A stretch of 63,245 nt of DNA, the filler included, from Asterionella formosa (Eukaryota), in assembly GCA_002256025.1 (NCBI GenBank). It is 19 parts of 19 records of this genome, joined end to end, with 100 filler letters (N's around TTAATTAATTAA, not from the genome) between each part and the next. Parts side by side here need not be neighbours in the genome. Positions count along the whole stretch, not along the records: positions 36,744 to 39,977 come from NKIB01014335.1; positions 40,078 to 43,307 come from NKIB01014336.1; positions 43,408 to 46,634 come from NKIB01014338.1; positions 46,735 to 49,960 come from NKIB01014339.1; positions 50,061 to 53,286 come from NKIB01014340.1; 14 more parts are not named here. One strand, 5' to 3'. The notes beneath the pieces are model-generated. The model was given only the letters and a program-made list of their open reading frames with translations, had not been told where the DNA came from and did not search any database. The position numbers and the translations under genes were made by a program. The number at the start of each line of letters is the position of its first letter. Positions within the stretch are counted from its first letter, which is position 1. Positions 39,795 through 51,975 of the stretch are shown piece by piece.

Positions 39795-39977
39795 TGCCTA
39801 CATATTTTATCTAACACTAGCACTATTCTGTGCATAACACATATGGACCTCTATTATGTCATCAGTAATTAGAAATCTTGAGGGACTGATCCATTGAATG
39901 CAATGTTACTCAATTGTAGTGAATAAAGAGTTGCATTACTGAGTCCAGGCCATATTGTTGCTGGCACTGTACCTGTG
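39795..39977 (-). repeat. Second LTR-like copy (truncated by the contig end)
   Basis: 39836-39972 is a near-identical direct repeat of 39129-39262; begins TGCCTACATAT versus TGCTACATAT at 39008. Confidence 0.7.
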
Positions 39978-40077
39978 NNNNNNNNNNNNNNNNNNNNNNN
40001 NNNNNNNNNNNNNNNNNNNNNTTAATTAATTAANNNNNNNNNNNNNNNNNNNNNNNNNNNNNNNNNNNNNNNNNNNN

Positions 40078-41900
40078 TGTTCCACTCTTGCTTTTAATGT
40101 AGGGTGATAAAAATGTGTAGCAATTGTAGCATTTAATCTTGTCATACCCACATGAGCTGCCTAACATCTGATGATACCAATCAATAATAGGATCCAATAA
40201 TGATTTAGGAATAGCAATACGCCAAGTATCTCCTGGATTCTTCACAAAACATATCAAAAATATATCATGAAAATTGATAGAAGGAAATTTTAATGGATGT
40301 GTCTGTTGATTGAGAATCAATTGTATATCCAGCAATTGTCTATCATGTATCAAATTATAATCCAGAGGATATCAATATAAATTTCCACATAATCTAAATC
40401 ACTAAGGATCTGTTCCATAGTTTCTTGTCCAATATCAGAATCAAGTTTTGACTCTCCACATCCAATTCAAAAGTATAGTATTGCATGGAAACATCCAATT
40501 TGGTGAAAAATACATATCCAGCACGTTTAGTGAGAATAGTTTGTATTCAAGGCAAAGGATATATATTGCGATTGATGACTTTATTAAGTTCACGAAAATC
40601 TGATACCCATCGGACACCACTTCCATCTTTTTTTGGAATAATAAAGGTAGGAGATGCCCATTTAGAAGCACCACATTTTTGTAGGACTCCAATATCACAT
40701 AATCGTTGTAATTCGGTTTTGAAAACTTCTAAATGAATATGAGCGACCGGATATGCTTGCTGATGACAAGGGACAGCATTTGATAATAATTCCAAATGTA
40801 CCTCAGGTACGTCATGTCCATCAATATAGTTATATATGTCCCGCATTAAAGCAACAGCGGTATCCATAGTGTATTCAACCTGTAAGTAAACAATATTATT
40901 CAGGTAATGACTAACGTGAGATATACTCAATGAGTCATTATAAATAGCATCGCTATTATCGCACATACCTCTGTAATGGCGATCAGCAAGCTGCTGTTGT
41001 GTAGTAGGGACAAAAGTCACTATCTGGCCAGCAGGAGGGTTCGTGACCACTGAAATTTCCTGGGCAGATGTATTCTCGGTAGGATCGGCACGTGGCATGG
41101 TACCCCAACCGGATGGATGAGTATTATGACCCCATGCATTTAACATACGAGCATGTGGAACAGGCACAGGGTTAGCAGTGTCAGTATGATAGCTTTCCGT
41201 AGGATTGCTGTGTGAACCGCCTCCACGACCACCAAAATGTCCTCGTCTACCGAAACTGGAACGGCCATGTCCATTATGACGACCAGCAATGCGACCTGCT
41301 CGACCACCTTGAGTACGAGGATTCTGGAAACAATTGCCCCAAGGATGTGAACCTTCAGGATGTACTGGGCAAGGACCGCGATAATCATGGTACGTACGAC
41401 TGGCTTGTAGAGCTTGATGACGAGATCCGAAATCCATTACCAACGTAGAAAAGGGTTTAGATAAATAACGTAGCATCCAATGTCATTGATGTTGAAAACT
41501 CTCGTTTGGAAAACGATCGTCTAACCATAAAACCATCGCTTCATCGAAACTATCGTAAGATTGATCTTCTGGGTGTACTTCCACATTCAACCAATTCGAT
41601 AAGGCAATGTCGGTCAAACACCTTTTAAAGTAGGAAAAGGTATCTGCGGGGGGCTAAAGGCACATGTGTTCTTAGCCATGTCACGAATTTGACTCACTCC
41701 AATTAACAATGCTTCCACCAAGCTTCCATCGATCATATCTTGATCAAACGATTCAAACCCTCCACCGCTTAAAGCAACTCTGAATGTTTTTGTCTTGATA
41801 GTCAATACATTGTAGTCTTTGATCAAAAGAATCACAGGAACCCTTGAATACATTGCCATGTTTGTTGTCTTCTAATTCGACTCTTTTTGAATTCAAAGTG
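40078..41900 (-). mobile_element. Ty3/Gypsy LTR retrotransposon, multiply deleted (gag zinc knuckle, RT N-half, integrase-proximal region)
   Basis: [46 protein letters not shown]; next frame FFTKLDVSMQYYTFELD; WRIAIPKSLLDPIIDWYHQMLG. Confidence 0.92.
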
Positions 41901-42490
41901 AAGTATTTAACTAGAAGTAGTAGTATTTATTGAATATATGAGCTTTTAAATTAATCCTTATGTACAACTCATTTCCGGAACTGACATCAAAGTATAGAAT
42001 GGGTGTTAGTCGAGTTCTCTCATTATTGAATTCCGATATATTTGATATAACTCTACCCTATATACATCTGTATCGATGTGTAGGATTGCTCACAAGGTAC
42101 CGAAGCGGCATGTTGAGCTGAACATAATCTACATAAGAATACACCTGGTACCGGTACTGTCGCAGTACCAGGTTGCAGGGATGTAAATATTATATACCTA
42201 ACGTGCTATGTATAAATACGTAAGCAATTAAACAGATTGTAGTCCCAGTAGGTCTATGGTGGTGCAATCTGGTGCAGCGGCGACATGATGTCACGAAGTC
42301 ATTTTGAAATATTATTGTTGCGCATGTGCACCTTTTCAATATTCATCTCCAACGTTGCATCTTGCACATCACCACACAGAAATGCAAAAAAACAGCAAAC
42401 TCACCAAATGTGATGATTGAAAGCGGTCACTGGTTCTTGCTATCGCTAACATGCAATTTCTTTTGTTTTACTAACCAATTTACTCTACAA

Positions 42491-43102
42491 TCAACCTTTG
42501 CTACATCCGCAGCCTTTGGAGAATTTTGAGTGGAGGAACTGGGGATGGAGACTGTGGAAAGTGTCTTTGTTGCTGTCGCAATGATTCAGGAAGCATGCGA
42601 TGATCGGCTTGATGAATTTTACATCAAAGAGTCGCATCCTTTCAGTGACATCTGAGTGGAGGAGACGCTCCATTTTTCTTGCAAGATTCAAGATCAAGTC
42701 AAGCTTCTCATGAGAATTTTTCGTTTTTGCAACCTCAAAAATCTCGTCAAATTCTATGGACCCACTTTTCCTGTTTTTCTTTGGTGCTGTGGGGATGGTA
42801 GCAGCATCCGTTATTCCAATTGCATAAACTGTGTTAGTAGAACCATTTTCCTTTGTTGAATCTTGATAACTTGTAGTAGCAGCAATAGCATTAGAATACA
42901 TCCGATTTTCTTCCTTCTTCATAACTCGTGCATGTAGCACAATGTTGATCAGGCTGCGTAATTTTTCTGCACGAGGGGTAGCTAGCTCGTTCAAAAATAA
43001 CTCGAGCTGTTCATTGGCATTCTGCGGCCGTACGTAGCTCATAGCAAGGGTACATATGTGCGCAGGACTGAAGGAGCTTGGATGTGACCTTGGGACATTC
43101 AA
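42491..43102 (-). CDS. Hypothetical protein with C-terminal Cys/His motif, possibly the 3' end of a longer (TE-derived) ORF
   Basis: 203-aa ORF ending PIIACFLNHCDSNKDTFHSLHPQFLHSKFSKGCGC. Confidence 0.4.
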   Translation of the reverse strand: MNVPRSHPSSFSPAHICTLAMSYVRPQNANEQLELFLNELATPRAEKLRSLINIVLHARVMKKEENRMYSNAIAATTSYQDSTKENGSTNTVYAIGITDAATIPTAPKKNRKSGSIEFDEIFEVAKTKNSHEKLDLILNLARKMERLLHSDVTERMRLFDVKFIKPIIACFLNHCDSNKDTFHSLHPQFLHSKFSKGCGCSKG

Positions 43103-43508
43103 TCGATCATGTACATACCTTGTAGAAAGCTCCGAAATTTCTTACTGAAAAACCACCGATGGTAGGTTTAATACTAGTGCAGCTGTAGTCACCTTGACAA
43201 ATATAGACTTGAATGTACGCACTTTGTTTAAATGATTGTTGTGTATGTGGGCAATTGCTAGCTGGGCATCTGCATCCTCAACATATAACATTGCAGTCTT
43301 GAGTGACNNNNNNNNNNNNNNNNNNNNNNNNNNNNNNNNNNNNNNNNNNNNTTAATTAATTAANNNNNNNNNNNNNNNNNNNNNNNNNNNNNNNNNNNNN
43401 NNNNNNNTTCGGTCATGCAAATTTTTATCACAAATTTGCGTAAAATGAACGTATTATACTTTCCAATGGAGCCGTCTAATCAAAAATGATGTTTCCGCCT
43501 ATTTTACA

Positions 43509-44744
43509 TCACTTCTCTGCTTGTTTCTGGCCCTGAGTTGGAACCCCGGTTTTTTTCTTTGGTCGTTGTTTCTGCTGATTTCTTGGTTTTTGGTCACGAT
43601 TGTTCTTGAAATTGTTTGGTCCATCCTTTGAGGATGTGTTATTTTTGCTTTTGTTGTTGTTGCTTTTGATGGTGGTATCAACCTTGCCTCGACTATTACC
43701 ACTTGATGGTATGATTGGTTCTTTCTTGGCCTTTTTCCTTAAATTTTGTTTATTCTTTTGTTCTGTTCGCTTCGCACGAAGGTGCAAAACAATTTCCGCA
43801 AGTGGTTGTTTGTCCTGTTCGGTCGACAACGACGACAAGACCCCACCACCTGGAGCTGGTTTGGAGCGAGAGCGCAGATTCATCAATCGAGCTTCTTCTT
43901 GTTCCATGAACCTTTTGTAATCTGCGGTCGTGGAAATTGTTCCCTCTCTTGTACCTCTTCGAACTTCCAAATCATTCCATGCCTTACTAGACAACGATGC
44001 TTCAACGTTTCCAACTTTGGTTAAACTTTCCAATGCCAATGCCAATCGCAAACGCAGAATGGCAGTACCCTTAGCATTTTCTGCGGCTTTGAGGGGTACT
44101 GCGCCATCTGTTGTTGTATTTTCCTTTTGTTTCAATGGTGCTTGCAAAATAACATAGGCACATCCTAACTTTATTCCTCGTCGCTTGGACAGATGCGAAG
44201 GAACGACATACAAGATACGTGCAGATAGTACATGAGCAAGGTAATCTCCAGATTCTGTGGTAACGGTTTTAGTAGAAGTATCGGAGGAAGAAATTCGCTC
44301 TTCCTTAAATGGTACTTTCGGTAATGTGATTTCGTGATCGTTTTCCATTGATGTGATTCCGTCGGTCGCAGAAGGACGAGCCAAGGCCCTCTGTATTTTT
44401 TCGGCCTCCTCCTTGACCAATTCTTCTGTTCGAATCAACTTTTGAATACTCCCTTCCTCCAAGACAACTTTAGTGCTAAGCGTGAGATTGGCCTTGATTA
44501 TAGTCTCTCTAATGTTTTCACAAATTTCCTTGACTGAACCACTTTTCAGTCCTCGGAAGGTCACTTTGAGCGTTGGTGGTTGTGGTTGTTTTTGTTTTGA
44601 TTGTGGTTGTGGTTGTGGAATGCTACCATCAGCAGAGTATTTAGATACACGACTAGCATAGCAACGATGGTAACGTGGTCTACGGCCTTGTCTCTTGGGT
44701 CTGGGAACCTGAGTGTTCGGAGGAGGGTCCACCATGGCGCCCAC
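43509..44744 (-). CDS. Probable nonsense-mediated decay factor UPF3/Smg-4-like protein
   Basis: LKVTFRGL (beta-1-like), GCAYVIL (RNP1-like), REGTISTTADYKRFME resembling UPF3 GTIxxDxxYxxFLE, then PL..HLR and a Lys-rich tail; likely start ATG at 44735. Confidence 0.55.
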   Translation of the reverse strand: MGAMVDPPPNTQVPRPKRQGRRPRYHRCYASRVSKYSADGSIPQPQPQSKQKQPQPPTLKVTFRGLKSGSVKEICENIRETIIKANLTLSTKVVLEEGSIQKLIRTEELVKEEAEKIQRALARPSATDGITSMENDHEITLPKVPFKEERISSSDTSTKTVTTESGDYLAHVLSARILYVVPSHLSKRRGIKLGCAYVILQAPLKQKENTTTDGAVPLKAAENAKGTAILRLRLALALESLTKVGNVEASLSSKAWNDLEVRRGTREGTISTTADYKRFMEQEEARLMNLRSRSKPAPGGGVLSSLSTEQDKQPLAEIVLHLRAKRTEQKNKQNLRKKAKKEPIIPSSGNSRGKVDTTIKSNNNKSKNNTSSKDGPNNFKNNRDQKPRNQQKQRPKKKTGVPTQGQKQAEK

Positions 44745-45328
44745 ACTTCTGACGCTGTGTCATTCTGATTGCCCGGCAGTACATTCCTATTGATCACCAC
44801 GAACGACACGACATTCTTGGTTGAGAGATTTGTTTTAATACCGGCATATGAAAAATAACACATGTATGTAGGAAGTTAGTAGAAGTACAGATTCCTACAG
44901 ACCGGTATTCGTTATTAAAGCGTTGACTCGTCTGAGGTCCCATCTTCGTCCGAGCCACCATTATCTGGTACATACTCCAACATACAAGAATACCGGTATA
45001 TTAGGGCCGTTCGTTCCACGGGCCAACACCCCAACGGGTAGTAGGGCAGACCGCGTGCTGGTCAAGACTGGGGCTGTAAACAGGTTTTAGTGAGTGAAAG
45101 TCTCACACTACTTCGCCCAGATGATATGTGTGGGGTGCCTCACCAGATACCATGGCACTCAAGGATGATGGGGTGACTCAACACCACGACTCCCAAATAA
45201 GTGAATTGGTGAGAGGAGTTAGAATCCTAAAGTGACACCTCCCAGGCACCCCACATGGACAGGGCAGGTGGGCAAAACGGCCAGATAGGTTTTTGCCAGA
45301 CGCCTTGGAGCAGCCCCTGAAAATTTTT

Positions 45329-46295
45329 AGGGTCATTCTTGTCATTTTCATTGGGAATCACTTCATATGAAAATGTTTGAAAATGTATCAGTACTAATGG
45401 TAACTCAATGTGAACTGAATTTCCTCCATTCTCCACATCAAAATGTATCACCACCAATTATCATGGTCTAACACGGATCTTCAATGGAGACAGGCCAGCA
45501 ACAAACATCTAAATATATATGAGCAAGAATATAAATATATTTATACATAACAGCCGGAAATAACAAATATATCATCATGTCATGCAGACTGTGTATACAT
45601 ATTGGTGCTACTTGGAGAATCTTCAACATTTTGATGTCAATGCATCAACCATGTTGACTACCAGCAATTTCTCCATCAAAACGGCAAACGAGACGCTATG
45701 TCTTTGAGGTTGTATATATCATTGTATGAATAGTGCAATAGAAGAATACGCATGATAGATACACCTTTAAAATTGACTTAAGAAATTACAAATCTACAAT
45801 GGAAGAGAATATTCGTCAAATTAAAGAAACGCAAAGAGAACTTATGATTTGTTCCAGTAACGACTAAAGCTATGACCACTAATACATCTACAACAATACT
45901 ATCATATGACATAAGGGCTTGCACAAGTGGTGTGAGGGCAGAATTTGAATTACAAACGTAATTAGTACAATTGATTGCACCAGTGACGTTTTCATTTTGC
46001 ATTGTAATTCTGATGCTGATTTTCAACCACCAACAAAAGATGAACTATTTTAGTGTGATGCAGAGGCGTTGTTGACAGTTATTTTATTAGTGATAACGAC
46101 ATGGTGATACACATCAATCAATGGCTGTATCAGAGCATTGGTCAGGGGTCCAAAAACCGCATCAGTGATACTCCGGTGATGAGACCTAAGATCCCGTTGG
46201 TGATACAAAAATATGATACAAACCAACATTTTCATAACAAAACCCGGAGATGATACATCGATGACAACCAATGACAAAAAGATAAGAGTGGCCCT
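45329..46295. mobile_element. Non-autonomous TIR element of about 1 kb (PIF/Harbinger-like ends), copy 1
   Basis: Ends AGGGTCATTCTTGTCATT and AAAGATAAGAGTGGCCCT are imperfect inverted repeats; the body is colinear with 60029-61023. Confidence 0.7.
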
Positions 46296-46889
46296 CACTC
46301 GAAGTATCAGGTGCTAAATAATTTATGTAAAAGAATAAAAGAATTCATATTGGATGCTGACAATACCAACGGAAAAGATGATTGTTGATGTGTGCTTCAT
46401 ATATCCAGTTGCTGAAACAACATTGTTTCGATTTTCTCCATCAATTCATGGTGCCTGATTGCACTCAAAAATAAATTTGCAGTCGATACCAGACATTAAC
46501 CAAAATAGATATTTAGTCCAGTACTTTAAAGTTGATATGAAATGATTTGTTCCATACCTGTTTAGTTGATCATTAGGGTTGATTGTTGCTTGTATCATGT
46601 ATTATGTCGCAATATTTCTCGAGCTCCATTCTGCNNNNNNNNNNNNNNNNNNNNNNNNNNNNNNNNNNNNNNNNNNNNTTAATTAATTAANNNNNNNNNN
46701 NNNNNNNNNNNNNNNNNNNNNNNNNNNNNNNNNNGAATTATAAATACAATTTCTTTTTTCCTGTCCCGCCCTATCCTAGCAGGTGAACATCACACTTGAA
46801 GTTGGTCTCGCTGGCCGTATCCCAAATCTGTAATCACACTTTCATCTGCGGCGCTGTTCATTTTCAATAATAGCTGTTTATAGAACATC

Positions 46890-48005
46890 ATGACGAATGA
46901 AGAAGCCAATAATGGGCTCATAGAGCTTATCAAAAAGATCGAGTCGTCGTTGTTGCCAGCCATTGATGAACATGTAAATTCCGATAAATTCAATGCCAAG
47001 AAGGACGGTCTAGACTTTCTTCATGTCAAGAACTCGCTGTTACTTACTTATTTGATTGAGCTAGTGCTGTATAAGAAAGCAAAAAATGAGGGGGGGGACG
47101 TCGAGTCCAACCGATTGATCGAGTTAAAGACCGCCCTAGAAAAAGTTCGACCGCTGGAGAAGAAGATGCGATACCAGCTGGAAAAGCTTTTGTCGGCAAA
47201 CACAGATAGTGCCACGTTTGCTTCAGGGGATCCACTCTCTTTTCGGCCCAATCTTGAAGCAATGAAAGACGAGGGAGATGAAAGTGATGGGCTTTCCTCG
47301 GATGACAGTGACGGCGATGGTGGGGAACTTCGAATTGAAGGGGAGCCCGATGATGATGCGATGAATTTTGACGATGATTTGGAAGCTGCAAAGGCTACTA
47401 TTCAGCTTGCAACGAAAAACTCGAAAAATAAGGAGAAAGTTGAAGAAAATGAAGGGGTCTATAGAGCCCCGCGATTGGCGGCGATGCCGTACAAACCCGA
47501 GATTGACTATACAGAGAAGGACAAGAGATTAAAGCGAAAAATGCGAACAACAGAATTAGCCCAAGCTCTCAAAGAGCAGTTCAGTGAAGCTCCAGAACAA
47601 GACGACGTCCATGGTGGGTCCGCATACGGTAAACAGAAAGAAGCCGCTCGTCGCCTAGCTCAGCGCGAGAAAGAACGGACCGATTTCGAAGAAGGAGCGA
47701 TGATGCGTCTTACAATTTCTCGAAAGGATAAGAAGGAACAAAAGAGAATGATGCGAGAGGAATCGAGTAACTTATCAGCTATATCTGATCTTGGAAACAT
47801 TGTACGGGGAGTGCGTGAAGCGTTTGGAGACGATGGCGAATCTCGTGGCCGCAAACGAAACGGGCGCGAGGATATCTTTGAGGACGATGAACCCCAAGCA
47901 AAGGGGCGTAAGAAGAAAGGAGGCGTGGAAGCCAAAAATACCTTCCAAAAGGCGCTCTTTGCAGGAAGCGACAGCAAGGCCAAAAAGAAAAAGAGTAGGC
48001 GATAA
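46890..48005 (+). CDS. NGDN: Neuroguidin/Lcp5-like SSU processome protein (Sas10/Utp3/C1D domain)
   Basis: GLDFLHVKNSLLLTYL, LEKVRPLEKKMRYQLEKLL, DPLSFRPN, GVYRAPRL, FEEGAMMRL; intact 371-aa ORF. Confidence 0.88.
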   Translation: MTNEEANNGLIELIKKIESSLLPAIDEHVNSDKFNAKKDGLDFLHVKNSLLLTYLIELVLYKKAKNEGGDVESNRLIELKTALEKVRPLEKKMRYQLEKLLSANTDSATFASGDPLSFRPNLEAMKDEGDESDGLSSDDSDGDGGELRIEGEPDDDAMNFDDDLEAAKATIQLATKNSKNKEKVEENEGVYRAPRLAAMPYKPEIDYTEKDKRLKRKMRTTELAQALKEQFSEAPEQDDVHGGSAYGKQKEAARRLAQREKERTDFEEGAMMRLTISRKDKKEQKRMMREESSNLSAISDLGNIVRGVREAFGDDGESRGRKRNGREDIFEDDEPQAKGRKKKGGVEAKNTFQKALFAGSDSKAKKKKSRR

Positions 48006-48306
48006 TCCATTCAGTTGACACATTCTAATCTAGTAGTAGAAACGGTATATGTAAAGTGGAATTTATAGTGATCCCTCCATAGATTGGAAGTAGTGTCTGC
48101 AATTAATACTCCATCATATCCTTAATCCCGCAGCATGGACGCGACTATTATCTCTGACATTACAAGAGCTAAGACATGAGAGCACTTTCGGTGAATAATA
48201 ATTATAAATCAACCAACCCGATTTGTCCCTCCTCCGCACAGATAGCCAAGTGAACTCTATCGCCTCATGATGTGCACTTTCAGCGACCGGATGATTTATA
48301 AGGCAC

Positions 48307-49960
48307 CTATTCGATAGCTTTCAAAGACTGCTCTGCAGCAAGTGCACCATCGAGCATCGCAAGACCACAGATGAGGATCTCATGTTTCTGAATGGATGCC
48401 TCTCGGAAAAGAATACTTGTAGTTTGCTTGTCGTGTATAGCTATTTGGCGGCTCGTTTTCAACTCCATTTTAAGTTGGCAAAATCTTTCCATTTCGGCAG
48501 TCTCTGCTTCCTTCAGGCTAGTTACAATCTTATTCAATTCAGCAAGTTCCTTGGTAGCGGCTTCGCTAGACTCCTTGCTGATAAGGCGAAAATGCTCGAG
48601 CATGGTTCGCTTCTCGTCCAAGATGATAGCATCCTTCTTTGCTGCGTCAACAAGGGAAACAAAAAACTCTTCGCTTTCTTGCAACTCCTTTTCCAAAGAG
48701 AGCATCGGGGGCCGAGAATTCTGGTCCAATGCTGTCATGTTTGCTGCTAAATTTTCCTTCGCTTTTGTGAGCTCAGCATGCTCGAGCCGAAGAGCCTGAT
48801 GCTCTATCTCCATCTGATCGTTTTCGTCACGCATGGCTTGGACCTCAACCTTGGATATATTCGCCGCTTGCAACTCGTTTGCGGTTATCAAAGCAAATTC
48901 AGCCTCTTTTCCAGCACACATATGCTGAGTTTCAAATAACTTGGACGCATCTGTGAGTTCAGCCAACAATTTCGAAAGTTGTCGCCTCTTTGTGGAACGG
49001 GTTTCATTGAGACAATCGAAATCCGCAATAGATTTCAAGAGCGCCTCAACCTGTTGACTTGAAAATTCACATTCCGACTGCAAAGCGGCAATCCTTTCGT
49101 CACTTTCCCGGTCATCCGACACAGCCTTGGCCAACTCATCCGCCAAAACTAGCTCATCCTGGGAACTCTTAGACTTTTTGGCAATCAGCGCTTTAGTCTG
49201 ACAGAGTCGAAGTGAAAGTTGTGAGCTTGGTGAACCGATAACGAGAGTGTAATATTCCATTCGTCAAACTTACTCGATCAGCAATGTCCTGAGCGTGAAT
49301 TCCGCACTTTGTCCTAGCTTCGTGAACTGCAATCTTGATGGTCCTCTTCTGGTGTTTATTCTCGTCCAACACGTTTTCTTGATTCGACATTTCCATACTC
49401 GACATTGCGCTCCCACTTACAAGGTCATTCTGCGCAATTATCCTGTTGATTCTGTTCATATCTTCCACTAAGGCGAGCTTCTTAGACTTGATCGCTTGCA
49501 CCTCTGCCTTTTTTTTCATGGCTAACTGGACCATTTCCACCACGTCAGCATCTCTTTGTTCCACGAAGGACATGACGTGAGTAGTAGGCTGATTCATTAA
49601 ATCACTCTCCCCGTTCGTTTCAGATATTGAAGAAATGGTGTTCGAATTGGCAGAAGGCTTGCGCAATGGATTCAGGAGATCAGATTTTAGTGCTTCCATG
49701 AGGCGAGCGCGCAATTGGTCGTTCATGCTAGCATTATCCAAAACATCAGCCGCACCTCGGCGATAATTGGACATCTCAGCTCTTGCATGAGAGAGATCCT
49801 TGAGAACCTGAGAGGAGGCTCTTTCTTCAGATTTGACTTTGCCGTGAAGATTGGCAATGCTGTTGTCAATTTGATCGATTTCTTGGCGAATGGCTCGGCG
49901 CGAATCCTCGCAAACGTTCACAGATGATCCCCAGGATAGCAACATCGAATCAGTCGATCC
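48307..49960 (-). CDS. Coiled-coil protein of unknown function; 2 exons (intron 49273-49198), probably 5'-truncated
   Basis: A GTAAGT...TGTCAG intron joins the 250-aa and 317-aa ORFs in frame; E/K/L/A heptad composition. Confidence 0.75.
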
Positions 49961-50060
49961 NNNNNNNNNNNNNNNNNNNNNNNNNNNNNNNNNNNNNNNN
50001 NNNNTTAATTAATTAANNNNNNNNNNNNNNNNNNNNNNNNNNNNNNNNNNNNNNNNNNNN

Positions 50061-50338
50061 GGTGGAGATGCTGGTTCTTCATGCTCCACCACAACCTTGG
50101 AAGAATCTTGGAACGAGATGTTATGCCCTCGCCCAGCCTTATGGTCAAAAAGTTCCTTCTCATGAATGTCTCTGTCATGTGAAGAGTCAGAGTCCAGTAC
50201 TCGTTCGTCCTCCTTTGCTTCATCAGCAAAAGGCAAGCTGGCATCAATACCCTTCTTTTGGGCAGTGAGAGAAGGTTTGTGTGCACTTATTTGATCACTT
50301 GGGCTGCCTTTCTTGATATCCTTGCTATCGTCGTTCAT
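50061..50338 (-). CDS. N-terminal acidic, disordered fragment of an unknown gene cut by the contig end
   Basis: ATG in CAGCATTATG context after an AT-rich upstream region; frame open to the contig edge. Confidence 0.5.
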
Positions 50339-50780
50339 AATGCTGATTGAATATTGTGTTTAACGCACGGAATAAGCAAAACAGAAAGAGAAGATTATGT
50401 GAAGAATATAACATAATGCATTTATCGAACCAGCGAAATTTTGCATGCAATATTGCTCAAGAGTGATACGGGAAATGAAGATTGTTGGTGTGAGTTTTCA
50501 CTTTAAGGTTATTACCATGAGCTTAAGTAGGCTAAGTTTCCCTTAATCCCGGACCTCCCAGACAGAAATCTTTTTGAAATCCTTCTTCAAGACAGATACC
50601 AGGTACCATCAGGAAAGTACAAGTAGGTCTATGTACAGGCTTCTTCAAATTACTTGCAGCCGGAAATGCAGCCCAGGAAGAAATCTTGGGGACGCAGTGA
50701 CACATCACGAGGTCTGTGTTTTCCAAAATAATTTTATTATGTAATTCAATCTACACTGTACGTACAACCTAATAAAATAG

Positions 50781-51774
50781 TTAAAGGTAAAATTAGCTTT
50801 CACTAATTTGACACCTTTGCATATGCTTAGATACAGTCATTCCTCGACTTGGGGTATGATCTATATACAGATATGCTAAGGACCTCATTTCTGGAGAGAA
50901 GTGGCAGTTATCCCTCTTGGAATCATCACTATCCAAAAAATAGTCAAAAAAGGGGGCCATCAAGCTTTAAAAAAAATAATAACTGCCACTTCTCTGCAGA
51001 AGTTAAATCCTGACGTTATAGGGTAGACGGCTATCTATTTCATTCTTCATGAAACCCCGTAGATGTCGAGCAATCCTCCTTCAAAAAGTCGACCGGATCG
51101 GCTTTTTCAACAGTCGGCAAAATATTGGAATCAGAATTTGTACATAAGTCCCCGCGTCCCTACACATATTCTGATTGGTTGAATTGAATTTATTCAGCTG
51201 CTCCAGATTCGCTGAAGTATCCCGGTCTTGTAAAATCTCGCCAGCCACACTTGAGCCACAAGTATTAGATGTACTGAATACTGGTTGGTAAAATCAGTAC
51301 CGGTACTACCAGTAGCATATCCTGTCCTCCATCATGATGAACCAATATTATGTACTACCTGGTGCTCCGAGTACCAAAATACCGTTACGCTGGGACTCCG
51401 GCACTGATTTTCATACCCGTCTATAACTTTGTGCGTGGAGTGATATTGAAACTACAGACAGCAACGTAGATTCATTATGAACGTATAAACAAGAGCCATG
51501 AGAATACATGTTGGCATACTCCTAATTTATATAAGTGTTTTGCTGTTGAGCAAAATTATCTCTACTTTCAGTAACGTAGAAAAAGTATAAACATTTAAAT
51601 ATCATAATTTTTTAAATGGAACTCCATCAATCTGGCCCCGATTCCTATTTAATTCAAATATTCAAATGGACACTCGAATCATGAGAATTCATAGTAGGAA
51701 ACTCCCTGTTCCACGCCGTTTTTACAACCCTAAAGATATTTTCTCCGAACTAGGGTTAATCCGGGGCCGCAACC
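50781..51774. mobile_element. Diverged sister of the TTAA-flanked non-autonomous element at 55393-56602; right end CCGGGGCCGCAACC|TTAA, left end unresolved
   Basis: 50810-51140 aligns with 55520-55870; internal hairpin 50889-51001; the same GGTTGCGGCCCCG end occurs at 59516; 50781-50862 recurs inverted at 59318-59410. Confidence 0.6.
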
Positions 51775-51778
51775 TTAA

Positions 51779-51975
51779 GGTTCCTGCATTTTAATCCCTA
51801 GGCAAAAATTAAAATATTTCTTAGGGTTGCCGAAATTCCCTGGAACTAAGAACTTTTATGCGTAAATTTTGAATATCAATGATTCCGTTTGCAATATTCT
51901 TAGGGTTGCCGAAATTCCCTGGAACTAAGAATTTTTATGCGCTAATTTTGAATATCAATGATTCCGTTTGAAATA
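51779..51975. mobile_element. End of a TTAA|GGTTCCTGCATTT element with an internal ~79-bp duplication, interrupted at a TA
   Basis: Matches the reverse complement of 56525-56602 and matches 59805-59928. Confidence 0.8.

Noticed and set aside
44920..45320. GC-richer stretch considered as tRNA/SINE or HDV/hammerhead ribozyme
   Set aside because: I could not build a cloverleaf, the HDV nested pseudoknot or a hammerhead core by eye; an Infernal/Rfam scan would settle it.
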